A stretch of 64,000 bases of DNA. It comes from the human T2T-CHM13v2.0 reference genome, Homo sapiens. A program made the translations under genes and the position numbers. Positions 1-14,780 of the stretch are shown in pieces; within the stretch, counting starts at the first letter, position 1, and each line of letters opens with the position of its first letter. Under the pieces are notes generated by a model. The model was not told the DNA's origin. It ran no database searches and saw only the letters and a program-made list of their open reading frames with translations. The stretch lies in NCBI RefSeq assembly GCF_009914755.1, contig NC_060935.1, one strand, 5' to 3'.

Positions 1-815
<815 letters not shown>

Positions 816-3800
816 TGAACTGACCATAAGGGGTCAAGCCCTGCCAATTCCTCCATTATTCCCCACAAGATTAGACAGAACTAGGCCCCTTGGGAAGTGC
901 CCTGGAACACAGGGAAGTTGGATGTCTGCCATGGGCTCTCTTTTCTCCACTAGAGAACGCAGGCCCAAGAAATCCCTTTCAGTGTGACACTGTTTGGTCG
1001 GGAAAGAAGCAACACAGTCAAAGTGAAACTGCTCCCCTTACACTTCTAATATGACTTTTCCCAGTTTCTGTGCTCCAAGAGTGTGCCCCACCTCACCCTT
1101 GGGTTATGGAATTTTTACCTAGGCATTCTTATCTGTGAGAAGTTGCTAACTGGTCATTCTGTTCTGGAAACCAGAACTGAGCACCTCCTCTTCTGCCATC
1201 ACGCTCTACAACAAGTTTTTAACTCCTTGCTTTTTCCTACTTTTATTTTTAAATTCTACTATTATAAATAAGCATCCTGTAATTATATATCCTGAGATCT
1301 GAATTAAACTGGGCATACAAAGTTTTTGTTAGCTTATTTTCTCAATGTAATAGCAACAATTGCTTATCATGGAAAATTTGGACATAGCTATTAATAAGTT
1401 TTGTTTCTCTTTATCCCTGATATTTTACAAGATATCCATATGTAGCATTGGATATGTCTTTGCACATAATATATTACACAAAATGATTTACCTTTTTCTT
1501 AACTAGGAACATCCTCACTTTAATAGCTGTATAACATTCTAAGAAAAAAAAATTAAACTGTACTTTACACTTTCCTTCATGATCAAGGCTGATGACATTC
1601 TAGTTATTTAGAAACACCTTCTACCCCATCTGGTAGATGCCTGTGCTTTACCAGTTATCCAAAGCAGGCAGTCCTCACTTTGAGATTTTGTAATATCTAA
1701 GTAAGAACCATGCAAAACAAGACACGTTTGCCATATAGAAAGGTTTCTGTTACATGGTACGGTGCTAAGTGGGAGCTACTTGTATTTCGAACATCATTTG
1801 TTTGCTTTTTCTTGATTATAAAATGAACACCATGAAACTCTTCACACAAGTTTCTAATTATGCCTTCAGTAGATTCTTAAATTTGGAATAGCTGAATAAA
1901 ATTATAGAAACATTTGACTCCTTAAAATATTAATAATATTGTATTTATTTCTAGAAAAATTTTATACCATTAATCAACCAATGTATGAACGTGCTAGACT
2001 TTTTCAGCTGTCTTAAATATAGACACATAAACAGTATTGTACTTCATGTTTTTAGCTGCCACTATTTTCTGCGTTAATTTTAGCATTTTGTATTTTAATC
2101 AATTTTCTACGTATAGTATTCAACATTTATTTATATGGTCATGTTTTAGTGCTTCAAATGATTTATATTAACATAACATATTTCAGTAATTGTGCCACTT
2201 TGTCTTATTTGTGACAAATACATTGCCAGACTGTAGGGTGGGTCTTATTTTTAAATAGTTTTATTGTCAAATTAAAGCAACAGTATTACTGTGAAGTATT
2301 CCCATTCTTAGGAAGCACAGAGTAATTTTTCTCTGATTATTTAAATGTTTAATATTTATTTTAATTCTAATTAATAGGGTTTTTTCAGTGTTTGAAATGA
2401 TTCCTAGCAGAAGAATATATGTGGGCATGTCAACTCTTTTGGGTGGAGTTGTTGGCAAAAAGTCAGCATAGTTAGAGAAAAGAATCTGTATTTAGAGATA
2501 TTTGTTGAAAAAAAGTGTTTTATTATGAACGCCGGTATGGTATAAAAATAAATGTTTGTATAAAGTTGTTAATGAATCGATAGAATTAATATACCAAGGT
2601 TAAGTGTTTTCTCCTTACTCACAGGCCACCAACGTTTTCCTGCCTTTCTGGAAAACAAACTTAACAATAAGCAGTTTTCCTATGGCCCCATAGAGAGGAA
2701 AATAGTTTTCATTGTTTTTCAAATAATTTACAGTGTTTAAGTATTTCATGTATAGCCACATTGAAATATATATTTGCATATATAAAGTATGCATATAGTT
2801 TCTAAATTGAACAATAGTATGCATAATTTATGGGTTAAAAATACTGGATATCTAAAAGCAATCATCAGATGATTTGCAGTCTCCTAAGAGAAAAGTGAAG
2901 ATAACATTTTTCCATCAGAAATTAAAACATATTTTAAGTGTACACTAATCATACGAATTTAGTTTAAAATATATGTATATTGTGGCCAAACATAAAGAGG
3001 AAATAGGCAGAAATAGATTCACTTATGGTATAATAAAGGTGACATCACAAATCAGTTGAAAAACAAAGCATTGCTTAATAAATAGTGGGAGGAAATTGGT
3101 TAAAAATAAGAGGGAAAAGATAATTTTTAATATTACAACACAGTACAAAAATGTATTATATCTAAAATAATTCCTGATATCACTATCAAATATTGCAATG
3201 AATATAAGTGCTTGTTTTTTCAATTTTAGGATGAGGAAAACTTACATAACAGCAATAAGCAAAAGGTCACATTTTTCCAAATAGAAATACAAACATTATT
3301 CATGCAAGAAATTATCAGCAATAGCATGAAGAGAAATTATCAACCTTATGTGTAGCCTTCATTTGTTCAATATATGCTTCAATTTTTATTCTGTGCTTAT
3401 TAGAACAGAATTATTTTCTAAGACTTCCCTTGAGACATCAAAGAAGCAAATAACCATAAACAAGAGCTCCTACTACTGATAGAGTTATAGTGAAATGATT
3501 ATTCTCAAATATTACTAGTACAGGTTTAAGTTGCTAGAAGCTTTCTGGAGAAAAATTTACCCATAGAAAAATTTAGCAGGAGTTTCAAAAGCATTGAAAA
3601 CATTTAATTCAGCAGTTCCACTTCTGGGAACATACACAAAGGAACAATTAGAGATGCACAGATACATCAGTCATAAAAACACTAAGATACATTGATATGA
3701 TGGAATCATGGTTTGCAAGATAATCAAATGGAATAAAACACAAGTGAATGCTGAGTTCAGCTCTCTTCAGGTAGGTGATTATAAGTAAATGTTGCTTCTA

Positions 3801-6534
3801 TGTCTTATGTATGTCAATATGGTTCAGTCAGTTTTCTACAATTGATATGTATTATTATTGTATTAAGGTCATATGATCTAACTATTATATGACATTCAAC
3901 ATGATGTTCATCAGAAATATTTAATCTATATAAAGGTGCATACATTATATCAAGTGAAAATCAGTGTTCAAATTTGTATATGATAAGTGATTTCACATTT
4001 GCTTGATGCATTTTAGTAACATGTACGCATATAAACTTATTGAGAAGAAATGTAACAAAATATAAAGAAAATGTATCCTTTGTCACAGGACAGATCCCTC
4101 ATAAATTTTACTCCCTCATATTTGTCTGTACCTGGTAATTAATTAATATGAATATGTATGCCTTTGCGACTGGGAAAATATATTAATAAAATGCAGCCTA
4201 AATAGCATATATGTCTTCTGTATATCAAAATTTTCTCCCTTCACATGGACGTTAAGACAATTTTAATTATAATGCCTATAAATTATGTTAACCGGAATTT
4301 TCAAGGGAAATTCTCATTAGCTATTCTTAGGATACATATAACTATCACATAATAACCACTATTTCATCTATAGCAATAATCTCATCAATTCATAATCTCC
4401 AACATTCCACCAAGCATTTGCAGTGTTTTGAGAATTTCTTTAATAACAACTACAGTATGAATTAGAAAGAGAGAGAATTTGAAACCAAGAAACCTGCTTT
4501 TGTCCTACTGAGTGGCCAAATGACTTTGGGCAAGAAATTTAATCTCTCCGTGCCTCAGGCTCCAATGTTGTAAATGGAGATAATAATTCTCTCATTATTT
4601 CATTTATGAAGATTAAAATAAAGTGTTCCTAAAATCAGCACTACACTGTGACTGCAACTCTTATAATTACTTTTATTCATGTCGATTTATGTTCTATCCT
4701 ATCTCCAAAGAATTTCTGAGGTGACTTTTACCCAAAGACATGCAGAAGGAAAAAATTAAATCACAAATAGAAATAAATAAAATATTTTATTAAAAATCAA
4801 TTAGAAACAGGTCAGTCATTTTGACTAAAAGGATGTCAAAGTTTAAAAATGGTTGCTGCAAGCCAGAGCAATTCTCATAACTAGAAAATAAATGGAATCG
4901 TACAGTTATTTAGGCCAAATATAGAGTATTTTTTGCACTCATTCTAAAATCCAATTTTCAAATAGGGTTTCAAATCTGGATATGAGACCATTCTGCTTGC
5001 CAGAAATGGAATACAATGCTTTGCCTAATAGATGGAAATTTCTCATAAAATAAAGAAATACCCCACCGATGAAATGATGCTGGCCCTCAAAAAGGAAGTG
5101 AGGACTCTGTGTCACTCAATTCCCAGCTTTTCTGCTTCATTGTTGTCTCTGCAGATGACCTTCCTCTGTTGTCCCACCATCATTGCCAAAACCAAGCAAA
5201 TACAAAAACAAACAGTGCTAAAATGTAATTGTTAAATTCTTGTCACCGAAATTTGCCTTCCTTCTTTTTCAGATACTGTTTCTGAAAGAGGATTTGGCTA
5301 GAACCAGACTTAATCAAATGAGACTCAAGAATATGCCCCCATTTTACAAAAACTGCAAGTCATCTGCTTAATATTCTGGAAAACCATTTGAACACTTTAT
5401 AGTAGATATAGTAGTTGATATCATACAGACATTTTCTGTAGCATATTCTGTATGGTGTTAGTTAATATCAGAGTGCAAAATATTAAAATGCCAAACATAT
5501 GAGGCAATTTATTAGGGCTAAATACATATGTATCAATATGCAGTCATCTGGTTGACTAATAATGCATGGATTAATGTGTCTCCTTAGGTAGCCTCTCTGA
5601 GATTGATTTTCTCTATAGCAGCTTCAAGAACTACTAGAACACCCTTATTTTAAAAATAATGGGCCACAGAAAGCTTCATGAAGCAAAATAAACACTGAGT
5701 ATTTCCTCCAGAAACATATATACACCCCTATTTATTTGTATACTGTTTCAAGACATTTATGGGTATGCACAGGGCAGTTAATAGACCCTATTGACTCCTA
5801 CTGAATTAGTCCTAAGTCAGAGGTACGGCACTGGAAAACATAACTGGAATGCAGTTAAAGTAGTTTGATGATAGAATTGGATCCATACACTTGGAAACTC
5901 ATAAAAAGGTGTTGAGAGTTGATTTTCAGAATCAAGGACGATAACCAGTATTATCACATGAACAAAAAAGAAGCTTCTCAAGATATTTACAAGATGGGTT
6001 TGGGGAACACTTACAGCAAATTTAACGTATCAGTGACCCATATATTTATATTTTTTGCACATTGATTACAATAAGCACAAAGGTAGCTGAGCTATTGTTC
6101 AAGACACCATATTGAAGTAGAAATAATTTCATTTTTTAAAAAGTGTAAAATTATCCACCCTATCTTGAACCTCATTATGGCTCTGTGGACCATCATATTC
6201 AAAGGAGATGAATTTTCAGAATTTCTCTCAGCCTAAGTTAGTTAAAAATTTACCCACCCCCCAAGTAAGTAAACATAGTATTTTCATATAGAATTATTAG
6301 ATACTAAAAAATTTATTTTCATAGAATTTCTGACAAATAAAACATTTTAAATTTCTCAACATTAAGGCTTTTATTTCTAAGAAATCAATCTTCAAGGTTT
6401 TCATTTGGATAAGAAAGTAAAGTGGTTACTGACAGTCCATGATGTTAAATAAATCACGACTACACTAGGTTTTTCCATTTCAAAAGCCAGTTTGTTACTC
6501 CACAAGCAATTCGTGACTGCAAATAAACACAAGC

Positions 6535-7482
6535 CTAAACTGCAATTTTATGAAAGGATTTTCCCCTAATCATTTGTTGCATGGCAAGGATTACATCTGT
6601 GTTCCGTAGGCTATAGATCAATGGGTTCAGCATTGGGCTCAAAAAAGTATAAAAGACTGCAGTTATTTTGGACTCCTCTACAGACTTCTCTGATGGAGGC
6701 CTTACGTACATGCAGAAGAGGGTTCCATAAAACAAAGTGACTATTGTCAGGTGGGAAGCACACGTAGAAAAGGCTTTGTGCCTGCCTTCAGCAGAACGGA
6801 TCCTGAAGATCGCTGCAAAAATGAAAAGATAGGACAGAAGAATGATGAAGAGAGAGCTTGAGAGATTAAAGCCTGCAACTACAAACATTGCCATCTTTTT
6901 GACACGGGTGTCAGAGCAGGCCAGCATGATAAGAGGAGGATCAGCGCAGTAGAAATGATTGATTTCAAGGGAGCCACAGAAGGATAAGTGAAAGGTTAGC
7001 AGTGACTGAGAGAACCCACTAAGAAACCCATACATGTAAGGGATAGTGACCAGACAGACACAGATGTTCTTGGACATCCTGGAACTGTAATGCAAAGGGC
7101 TGCAAATGGCTACATAGCGATCCAATGCCATTGAAGCAAGGATGTAAAACTCAGTGATCACCAGGGCGATGAAGAGAAGACACTGTGTGAAGCATCCAGC
7201 GTAGGAGATGGTCTTCTGTTCTGAGAGGAAATTGTGCAGCATATTTGGAGTAACATTGGAAGAATAGCAAATGTCTACAAAGGAGAGGTGGCCAAGGAAG
7301 AAATACATGGGTGTTTGCAGGTGGGAATTGGTCCTGATCAGCAGGATCATGCACAGGTTGCCTGCCAGTGTGATTAGGTAGATCGCAAGGAATACCCCAA
7401 ACAGGATCTTCTCTAGCACTGGGTCGTCTGTCAGTCCCAAGAGAATGAATTCTGTCACTATGGTGTGGTTTGGGGAGAACAT
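6535..7482 (-). CDS. OR5M1: Olfactory receptor family 5 subfamily M, 315 aa (MFSPNHT...)
   Basis: Intact 948-bp ORF with N-glycosylation site [32 protein letters not shown] and [12 protein letters not shown]; ATG at 7482 (the ORF track starts earlier at a TTG). Confidence 0.93.
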   Translation of the reverse strand: MFSPNHTIVTEFILLGLTDDPVLEKILFGVFLAIYLITLAGNLCMILLIRTNSHLQTPMYFFLGHLSFVDICYSSNVTPNMLHNFLSEQKTISYAGCFTQCLLFIALVITEFYILASMALDRYVAICSPLHYSSRMSKNICVCLVTIPYMYGFLSGFSQSLLTFHLSFCGSLEINHFYCADPPLIMLACSDTRVKKMAMFVVAGFNLSSSLFIILLSYLFIFAAIFRIRSAEGRHKAFSTCASHLTIVTLFYGTLFCMYVRPPSEKSVEESKITAVFYTFLSPMLNPLIYSLRNTDVILAMQQMIRGKSFHKIAV

Positions 7483-7499
7483 CTTCTTATCTCTTGAAA

Positions 7500-7522
7500 C
7501 TGAAAGTGACAAAGAATGTGAG
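7500..7522 (-). promoter_or_regulatory. Splice acceptor of OR5M1 coding exon
   Basis: Minus strand CTCACATTCTTTGTCACTTTCAG|TTTCAAG, 17 nt before the ATG; typical of the OR 5' UTR intron. Confidence 0.65.
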
Positions 7523-8752
7523 GATTTCTCTCTGATTCAGATTTGGCATTTGTTTCATCCATTTATCATTCGCTCATTCATCTATTTATCTAGGTGACAA
7601 TTACTTCTCTTGTTTCAATAATCACATCGGAAATTTTACATAACATTGTCTCCCTATATGTCTGTTTTAATCTGTATCTTTCTATACATCAAACCCACAT
7701 AACTTACACAAACATACATATTCTCTATTTCTCTCTGCCATACATGTATACATACATAAGTTTATTCATTCCTACATTTATACCTGTCTTCTTGGTGTAC
7801 TCCACATTTGGTAATTTTATTCAAACTTCGTGAGGAAACAAAAAATCCAAAGGAATGAAAATTAAATACAAAAACCCTAGGTTATTTGCATCTTTCAAAT
7901 GGATAAATAAAGGAAGTCTGATCTTTATTATACCTCCAGCTCTGATATTGTATTGTTTCAGATACAAAATGAAGAAAGAAAAGCAAAGCATTTTCAATTA
8001 AGACCCATAGCTGTGTGCCTTACCTTTATTCAGGAACGATTAAACTAGAGAAATTAATTTCTATCTGATATATGGCTAAGAGGGTACAAAATGAAGACTT
8101 GTTTTTTTCCACTTTGTAATGTCACTGCCTGTTTACTCATGTATACTGTATAGCTTCATTTCTTTCTGTTCCAATTCCTGCGGTTACTACAGTAAACAAG
8201 TCTCCCAGCTCAGGGAGCACACATTATAATAGAGGGAGCAGAGCACACATTATAATAGAGGGAACAGAGATTAAACACACAGAAAAAGTTACATACAATT
8301 TCAGGCAAACCATTTTTCTGTGAAGAAAACATGAATGTAGGATGCTTTTAGATGACCACTCAAAGAAGATCTTTCTAGGAATGCAGCATTTAAACAGCAG
8401 ATATGCAATTCTACTATTTGGGGAAAGTGTGGATTTTTTTTGTTCCCATTTTTGTGCCACTAACCCACTCATGACAATATTGTTTAGGTATGCACAGATA
8501 ATTTTTAAAAGGGGTCTTAGCTTCCAACTCAAGCCACTCTCTCTCAGTTCTCTTTGAAAGTAACATAAGATTGTAAAAATTTCTACTCCAAAAATTCCAC
8601 CTTAAAGCCATTGTTTATTTAGTTCTCATGTATACATCAAAAGAGCTTACATATAATTGATTGTAGAGAGTCAATGCAATACTAACATATGGATAGAAAA
8701 GTCTAGTGAAATTGGAGAAAATATTTGTTTTCCCCATTGATGGAATACTTAT

Positions 8753-8755
<3 letters not shown>

Positions 8756-8791
<36 letters not shown>
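8756..8791. repeat. (CA)n microsatellite
   Basis: about 18 AC units. Confidence 0.95.
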
Positions 8792-8793
<2 letters not shown>

Positions 8794-8824
8794 TTGTATT
8801 TTTAGTGAACAAATGTAGAAAATG

Positions 8825-8945
8825 ACCTACCTGTTAATGTTAATGGACCATATCTTATGAAAACAAGGTAGCAAGATTTACAATATATTTATTAGGTATC
8901 TTCCCTAGAGTATTTTTAAACTAATTCTAAAGAGCCAATTAAAAT
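8825..8945 (-). promoter_or_regulatory. Candidate OR5M1 promoter and non-coding exon 1
   Basis: Donor CAG|GTAGGT (minus, 8825-8833), TATA-like tract 8884-8891, O/E-like ttccctagag 8901-8910, homeodomain cores ctaatt 8921 and ccaattaa 8935. Confidence 0.4.
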
Positions 8946-9900
8946 ATGCTTTGTTCCTCAAGAGCATAACCTTCATTTGATGCTTCCTGGAGCTAGACTC
9001 TCCTGCGAGGATAAAATTCCTATTTTACATTTATGTAGAGTTTCGGTACAAGTGTGCATGAGATCCTTAGTACAAACAGAGAAATTAGCCATCCCTTTCA
9101 ATAACATGGAAGAGGAAAACATGGGTAGATAACTTCTGCCTTTTTAGTATGATGAAAACAAGGAATTCTCATCAGAACTCTTCAGCTTTTGCCTATAAAC
9201 ACTGCAGTGAGGTCATCTAATGAGTGAGGGGTAGGAAGTTGTGGCAGGTGAGACATTTGAGAAGATGAAAGATTTCAAAGACTGTGAGAGCAGAAGAGTG
9301 GCATAATCAGTAGAAGGAGGCAGAAGTATTGGTCAGGGCCCAGGATCCTTTGGAGGACGGGCGTTATGGATTTATTTTGGAACTAGTCTGCACTATCAAG
9401 GTTAATATTAACATGCTAATCATCAAAGGTCTCAGAACCAGGGCTATTTATAAAACTGATGATGCATAAAATTGTTGATTTAGAAAGGGAATTGCAAATA
9501 GAATGAGAATATTTGAAAATTGTGTAGCACTGTATTTGTTGGAGGACAAAGGGACCTAGAGATGCGTTCATTAGTCTGTATCTTCCAGTGCACATATAGT
9601 TCCAGGTTAGCACAAATGGATCAAAGTACAGTCTGACCAAGACGGAGAATCATCCCTAATTTTATTAGAGTTGCGGGTGGTGGGTTATACTCTGAGAAAT
9701 CATTTAATAAAATATAGCTATATATCAAAATCAAAATGTAGATTTGTTACATCCCATGAAATTTGAGAATATAGGGCATTCCTATATGTTTATTTCAAAT
9801 TGATGTGTAAAGTCTTCTCTATCTCAATTATTCTGTTTTATTTTGGTTCCTTGCATTACTAAAATTGTAAAATGCAATAATATTGCTTAAATATTTTGGA

Positions 9901-10194
9901 AGCCGGGCACGGTGGCTCTTGCCTATAATCCCAGCACTTTGGGAGGCCAAGGCCGCTAGATCACCTGAGGTCAAGAGTTTGAGGCCAGCCTGGCCAACAT
10001 GGCGAAACCCTGTCTCTACTAAAAATACAAAACTTAGCCAGGTTTGGTGGTGCGTGCCTGTAATCCCAGCTACTCAGGAGGCTGAGGCAGGGAGAATTGC
10101 TTGAACCCAGGAGGCAGAGGTTGCAATGAGCCAAAATTACACCACTGCACCTCAGCCTGGGTGACAGAGCGAGACTTCATCTCAAAAAAAAAAA
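9901..10194 (+). mobile_element. AluS, full length
   Basis: gccgggcacggtggct...tcacctgaggtcaagagtttgag...catctc then A-tail. Confidence 0.95.
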
Positions 10195-11227
10195 TTAAGA
10201 TGGAATATAAGGTATCATAAGATTATAAAACTGGTGTCCCTCATTTCCTCCTCCCTTAATGTAGAGGTACCTTGTTTTGCATAAAAGTGTTGAAGATTTG
10301 GATAATTTTTAAGTAGACTGCTTTCACTTTGAAGAAAAAATTCCCTAATGTATGTGTGTATGTATGTATGTATTTTCTTTTATATGTTGGTATACAATGG
10401 CTACATAATAAAACATAAGATTTACAAAGTGAATTTTCTGACAAAAATAAAACTAGCCCTATAATAACTGAATGGTTAGATGAAAAGTATAGATGAATGG
10501 GCTATTTTCATTTAGAAAGAGCAAAGTATATGTAATTTTAAGTATGGAATCACATGATCAGATGTCCACACGAAAGAAGGCAATGTTAATTTATTTATAC
10601 AGCAATGAATAGAAAATACAGAATTTAGCTATGTGTATGATACTTACTCAAAGAAGAGTTTTACACATACTTATGTTATTTTTCATAGAAAACCTCCAGA
10701 AGGCTCTGTTTATATTACTCAAAGACATTAATTCCTTAGTTCATTTCATTTTTCTTCCACTGCAATAACTAGCATGTGTGTCTGCTAGAGGGACAGCGAA
10801 TGGATTTAGCTACACAAATGATACACTGGTAAGCTAGTTGAATACATACTACTGGCCCTTTAGATTTTTACTTGTTTGTGATTATTCAATTTACTATTTT
10901 TATTCAAAAGTTATAGCATGCTATTATTATCAAAATCCAGCCTAAGAAGTGTTCTATAATAGTGTCATGCTCACTAGACACTACATCACTGATGTTGTAT
11001 TATTATTTGTATGAGTAGTACTATAACCATAATAAATTCTACCCATTTACTATTATTTTGAAGCCAAATGCTCTTAATTATGTTTAATGTTTAACTGATA
11101 CTATGTAAAATGCATCAAACTGTCTACAATCAGGTAGGCAATATAATCTTGAAAAAGAATGCATGAAATCCATAGTTCATTAAGCAGGATGCAGCACATT
11201 AAGAGAAAACAGTCTCCTTGGGACAGA

Positions 11228-11797
11228 TTTCTTTTTTTAACTTTTATTTTAGGTTCAGGGGTCCATGTGCAGCTTTGTTATAAAGGTAAATTCCATGTCA
11301 CAGGGTTTTGGTGTACAGGTTATTTCATCACCCAGTTGATAAGCACAGTGCCTGATAGGCAGAGTTTCAATCCTTACCCTCCTCCCACACTTCACCCTCA
11401 AGTAGGTCCTGGTGCCTGTTGTTCCCTTTTTTGTGTCCATGTGTATTCAATGTTTAGCTTCCACATGTAAGTGAGAACTTGCAGCATTTGGTTTCCTGTT
11501 CCTGCATTGGTTTGCTTTGGATATTGTCCTCCAGCTTCATCCGTGTTGCTACAAAAGACATAATCTCATTCTTTTTTTTTACGGCTGCATAGCATTCCAT
11601 GATGTATATATACCACATTTTTTTGTATCCAATCTACTGTTGAAGGGCATTTAGGTTGATTCCATGTCTTTGCTATTGTGAATACTGTTGTGATGAACAT
11701 ACACATGCATGTGTCTTTATGGTGGAATGATTTATATTCCTTGGTGTATATACCCAGTAATGGGATTGCTGGGTCAAAAGGTAGTTCTGTTTTAAGT
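11228..11797 (-). mobile_element. Older L1PA/L1PB 3' end
   Basis: T-rich tail, ggttcaggggtccatgtgcag, cccacatgtaagtgagaac, gggattgctgggtcaaa. Confidence 0.85.
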
Positions 11798-12291
11798 ATG
11801 TGCCATTATCCCAAAATTCACACCATCCTACTGAAGAGCTATCTATCCCTGAATCACAAATGTGTCTAAATGCTGCTGCAGTGATTCATCTGCCTAAGCA
11901 TGTGTTGCTGTGAAGGATAAAAAACGAACACATCAAATCGTTCTAGAGAAATGGAGGCCCACACGAAGCTTCATGAAAACCTTAAGACTACAAATACCCA
12001 AATTACGGTGTAGTCCCACATGTGACACTTCCCATGTTCCCCCAATGAGAAGATAAAAATCAATATATTAAGACATACTTGAAAGTATCTGCTTCAATGG
12101 CAATGAAAGAGTGGAGAAGTGAGGTCACATATTGATGTGAATGCCTCCTGGTAATGCAAACAATGATATTTATAAAGCCTACTAACGGAAATTTGGCATT
12201 GCTTCAAAAGCTTCAAGAAAGAAGATTTCATTGGCTCAAAATATAATTCTAAGACTGTATCTCAAAGTAGTATTCTGAGATATACTTCAAT

Positions 12292-13285
12292 TGAAGGGGT
12301 GGCCTGCCCCTCTGCACCTGTGGGTATATCTCGTCAGGTGGGATGAGAGACTGAGAAAAGAAATAAGACACAGAGACAAAGTATAGAGAAAGAACAGTGG
12401 CCCCAGGGGACCGGCGCTCAGCATATGGAAGACCTGCATCGGCACCGGTCTCTGAGATCCCTCAGTTTTTATTGATTACTATTTTCACTATCTCAGCAAG
12501 AGGAATGTGGTAGGAGAACAGGGTGATAATAGGGAGAAGGTCAGCAAGAAAACATGTGAGCAAAGGAATCTGTGTCACAAATAAGTTCAAGGGGAGGTAC
12601 TATGCCTGGATGTGCACGTAAGCCAGATTTTTCCTTCTCTCCACCCAAACATCTCAGTGGAGTAAAGAATAACAAAGCAGCATTGCTGCCAACATGTCTC
12701 GCCTCCCGCCACAGGGCGGTTTTTCTCCTATCTCAGAATAGAAGAAAGGTGCAATCAGGTTTTATACCGAGACATTCAGTTCCCAGGGGCAGGCAGGAGA
12801 CAGAGGCCTTCCTCTTATCTCAGCTATAAGAGGCCATCCTCTTTTACTAATCCTCCCGAGCACAGACCCTTCACGGGTGTCAGGCTGGGGGCCGGTCAGG
12901 TCTTTCCCATCCCACGAGGCCATATTTCAGACTATCACATGGGGAGAAACCTTGGCAATACCCGGCTTTCCAGGGCAGAGGTCCCTGTGACTTTCCACAG
13001 TGCATTGTGCCCCTGGTTTATGGAGACTGGAGAATGGCGATGACTTTTACCAAGCATACTGCCTGTATACATTCTGCTAACAAGGCACATCCTGCACAGC
13101 CCTAGATCCCTTAAACCTTGATTCCATACAACACATGTTTTTATAAGCTCAAGGTTGGGGCAAAGTTACAGATTAACAGCATCTCAGGACAAAACAATTG
13201 TTCAGGGTACAAGTCAAAATGAAGTTTCTTATGCCTTCCTTTTCTACATAGACACAGTAACAGTCTGATCTCTCTTTTCCCTACA
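12292..13285 (-). mobile_element. HERV-K (HML-2) solo LTR, LTR5A/LTR5B type, 994 bp
   Basis: Minus strand starts TGTAGGGAAAAGAGAGATCAGACTGTTACTGTG and ends GGGGCAGGCCACCCCTTCA; TATAAAA 12760-12766; AATAAA 12468-12473; flanks tcaat/tcagt (imperfect TSD). Confidence 0.93.
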
Positions 13286-14139
13286 TCAGTGATCTTTATT
13301 GTTGCATTATCTGTATAAAAGAAAGGAGAAAACTTCATATACTATGTTTGAAAGGTGTCTAGAAAATAGTTTGGAAGTTATTAAGTACTATAAAAATGTA
13401 ATGAACTGTAATTTCCATTGCATTCTGTCTTTTATCGTTTGCTACCAATATGAGTACTAAAGAAGGAATCACTGTTCTTTATTGACTTTTACATGCCATA
13501 AGTCTTCTATTTAAATTTCTATGATTTCTTCTTAAATTCACTGAGATGACACTGTCAACTCTAGCTAATAATTTGGTATACACTTTCAATTCCCATATGC
13601 AAGTTACAAAAGACAAAAAACACTCAATGACAGAAAGTGATTTGTTAATTTATAATGCTCGTTAATTGGTAAGATAAAAATAATGTATTACATAACCTGC
13701 AACTAAAATATCTACCTTACTTAGCAAACAGTTTCTTTTGGATAACTTCCCTTATTGTTCTTTTAACATTTTTATTCCTCAGACGGTAGATCAATGGGTT
13801 TAACGTAGGACTCACAAAGATATAAAAAGCAGCTACAATTTTCCCCTGTTCTACAGATGCCTCAGAAGGGGGCCTCAGGCACATGTGAAACAGCGTTCCT
13901 TGAAAGACAGTGACGGCAGTCACAAGGGACCCGCAGGTGGAGAAGGCATTGTACCTTCCCTCAGCAGTGCAGATATGCAGAATGTCTGTGAAGATGAAAG
14001 TGTAGGAAATAAAGATGATAGTGAGAGGGCAGATGAGGTTGGAACCAGCCACCATGAACATGGCAGTTTCTTTGACATAAGTATCCAAGCAGGCGAGGAC
14101 TAAGAGGGGTGGTTCTGCATAATAAAAGTGGTTGATCTC

Positions 14140-14375
14140 CAATTTTACATCAGAGTCAGCCCTGGGAGATGCTTCATACTGAGAAAATAATCATGACCTT
14201 ATATGCCATAATAAGAATATGGAAACTTGGATCAACAGGTTCCTTTCTCCCATTGTATATACTTTCTGGGCGGTATTCTCTCCGTTAATATGTATTTCTC
14301 CCTTCCTCTCCAACCGTCCATTCAAAAATTTATAGTGGAATTAAATGTGCATATAATGCATTTTCTCCAAAAAAA
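14140..14375 (+). mobile_element. Retroposed polyadenylated insert with 16-bp TSD, no recognised repeat
   Basis: TSD aaaagtggttgatctc at 14124-14139 and 14376-14391; ATTAAA 14340-14345; A-run from 14369. Confidence 0.8.
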
Positions 14376-14780
14376 AAAAGTGGTTGATCTCATTGGGTTC
14401 ACAGAAGAACAGACAAAGCATCAGGATGACCTGTACCAGACCATTTGCAGAGCCATAAATATAGGGAGCAGCAGTGAGACAGAGGCAGACACACCTGGAC
14501 ATTTTGCTTCCATATAACAAAGGCTTGCAGATGGCCATGTAGTGGTCATACACCATCACTGTGAGCATATGATAATCTGTGATCACCAGTGCAATGAAAA
14601 GGTGAAATTGGATAAAGCAACCAATAAAGGAAACGGTTTTTCTCTTGGAAAAAAAAAGTTAACCAGCATCGGAGGAGTGGCATTGGTGGCATAATAGAGA
14701 TCTACAAAGGAGAGATGACTGAGGAACAAGCACATTGGAGTGTGTAGTGTTGAATCACTTCTTATTAAGAAGCTCATGCT

